Assembly (NCBI GenBank): GCA_018398765.1
Contig: JAHBMJ010000318.1
Coordinates: 1-50,318 of the forward strand
Direction: 5' to 3'
Length of the DNA stretch: 50,318 bases
From: Chromera velia
Taxonomy: Eukaryota
The translations under genes were made by a program, and so were the position numbers. The notes below the pieces were generated by a model. That model was not told where the DNA came from, made no database searches, and was given only the letters and a program-made list of their open reading frames with translations. Positions 48,268 to 50,318 of the stretch are shown here, one piece after another (position 1 is the stretch's first letter; every line of letters begins with the position of its first letter).

Positions 48268-49441
48268 TTATAGGGTTAACGGATATTTATCTATCATCCA
48301 AGAAATCCTGCGGAAAATTGTAAAAAAAAAATTAAATAATAATAAACTAATACAGAATAAGCTGCATTATGAACATAAATAAAATGATAATATCGTTTCT
48401 TATAACAGTGTAATAAGCAGCTAGAGTAAAGCAAAATTGCAAAAAACATGCAAAATGTGACCAAATAATAAGTCAGGTACTAGATCAGGCCAGGTTTACC
48501 GGTTAGTACATAAGCCTAAAACCCATCGTTACTTTTAGATAGAGTGTTGTCAATATTGCTATACGTGGTGGGATTTGCATGGCCGAGATGGTTATATAGG
48601 CCGCTGGGTCAGAAGAGGAAGGCTTAGGGATCGACCATGATATAAATGGCCTAACAAGAATCGTAGCTAAGTACGACTTATCGACCTGCTTGTCAAACTT
48701 GTCGGCAAGCTCATTAAAGGACTGCAGGCATAGGCATAGGCATAGGAAGAGAAGTGCAAAGAAATTTTGTATGTTTCATGAGCAAGGATATGAAAACTTT
48801 TACGAACTCTCTGGAGAGTGTGCTCCAGGTTTAGTCGATCTTTTTGTCGATCTTCTTGTCAATCTTTTTGTTGTACAACCGTTTAGAGATGGTAAAACAC
48901 ACCAAAGACAAAACAGAATACATAAAACATATAAGAAAATTAAGGAGGGAAAAAAGAGACATACATGTAAAGAGAAAGAACGTGTCGATCTTTTTGTCGA
49001 ACTCTGGCTCAGATGGCTTTTTATGTCGAACGATTGCATGACATTTTTGTAAGGTTGCAACTTTTTATGAAATTTATGATCTTGACAATCCCGATCCTAC
49101 TTTCAAAGAAGTGAAATTTGAATCCAGAAATTTGCAATTTGGTTTGTCGGACTTCGGTTCCGTATGTCGAACCCCAATTCTGTATGTTGGATCAGTGACT
49201 TCCGTATGTGATTCTTAAGTTGTCAAACCTCCCATCTCACTTGTCGAACCTTAAATCTCACTTGTCGAACCTTCAATCTCGCTTGTCGAACCTTCAAGCT
49301 CAGTTGTCGGACCTTCAACCTCACTTGTCGAATCTGCAAGCCCGTTTATCGAACCGACAAGGCCACTTATTGGACTCGTCAACTCCGGTAAGGCACAGCT
49401 AGGTAGACACCCAATTCACCAAAAAGGGGGAGTTCATAACA
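48156..49441 (+). repeat. 3' LTR of the gypsy element (1286 bp)
   Basis: TGTTATG...CATAACA; direct repeat of 30526-31796. Confidence 0.93.
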
Positions 49442-50318
49442 CTGTCCTGTTTCATCCCCTTGCTACTCCTTTCGACACATGAACTCTCAACTCTAGACAA
49501 AAGACGCTCTAGTCACACTCAGTCGCTAGTACTTTGCATGCTCTCGGCCAGCCTCGATTCGATTCGCCCCCCTCCACCCCGAAGCAACCCCCCTTTCCCC
49601 CTCTTTCCCCTCCTTTCCCTCCCTCTCCCCCCCTCCCTATTGTCCCCCCTTCTCCCCCTTCCCCCATGACCCGCTTTGTCCTTCCCGATCCCTGTTAAAA
49701 ATTTTGCCGGCGCCGGCAAGAGACGAGGCGGCAGCTGCCGCGTGCTCTACTCTGTCTTTCAGTAGGTCTGCCGCGACCCTTCTGCCTCTTTTGCCATCAA
49801 GGGCAGGCTTAATATCATTTTGTATCCCTTTTTTACTTCTCCCTCCTTCCTACTCCAGGCTCGCCACGTTGGGGTCCCAGAGTAGAAGGCCCTCCCCGGC
49901 TGGCACACCGGCCGTCACTGCATTGTTCCGTGTGGTACGCCGCCATCCATCCCTTCTGTCTGTTTTAAGACTGTTTAACATACAAGCAGAGTCTCACGCA
50001 TCCGATCGAACGGCCACTCATTGAACGATCCATATGACAGATGGACAGCTAGAAGTGACAAGCTCTCTCTCGAAAGAAAGTGATAACCTTGCAGATACAT
50101 AGAAGAGGCAAAGGGCGTCTTTTTGTGTTTGAACGCTGTTGAAAGACCAGTCCAAACAGACCCGGACACACTGGAGGTGTTTGTAGGCCACAAAGGTGGT
50201 CAGCCTTGCGCAAACAAGCAAGCAACCAACAGCAAAGACAAGTAAAGGTGATCAGCTGACACTCGTCCAGAAGACAGAGACAGTTACAGAATCAAAAGGC
50301 ATAAAAAAAGCATTCTAC

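Larger units (their letters stand above)
30526..49441 (+). mobile_element. Giant (~18.9 kb) chromodomain-bearing Ty3/gypsy LTR retrotransposon, decayed
   Basis: Direct LTRs with TGTTA...TAACA termini, PPT before the 3' LTR, candidate 4-bp TSD CTAT/CTGT (one mismatch), and order gag-PR-RT-RH-INT-chromodomain. Confidence 0.85.

Overview
Eukaryotic, intron-rich genomic DNA with CT/GA microsatellite introns and an N-gap at 46847-47165. The LRR-protein style and intron composition suggest a chromerid alveolate such as Chromera, but this is an inference. There are three host genes: a MYND zinc-finger gene (+), a multi-exon ribonuclease-inhibitor-like LRR gene (-) and a divergent Rab GTPase (+) whose reading frame appears to need a 2-nt micro-exon. 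About 60% of the window is decayed retroelements: (1) a full-length 7.2-kb Ty1/copia element with 422-bp LTRs, a CTTTC TSD and internal duplications, inside the last MYND intron; (2) a LINE with a twin-priming-type 5' inversion; (3) a giant 18.9-kb chromodomain Ty3/gypsy element with ~1.27-kb LTRs, extra ORFs upstream of gag and downstream of pol, tandem repeats and possible antisense exons. The repeats carry a strong C-to-T/G-to-A signature at CpG and CpA that resembles RIP, while host exons are intact. All alignments and counts were done by eye.
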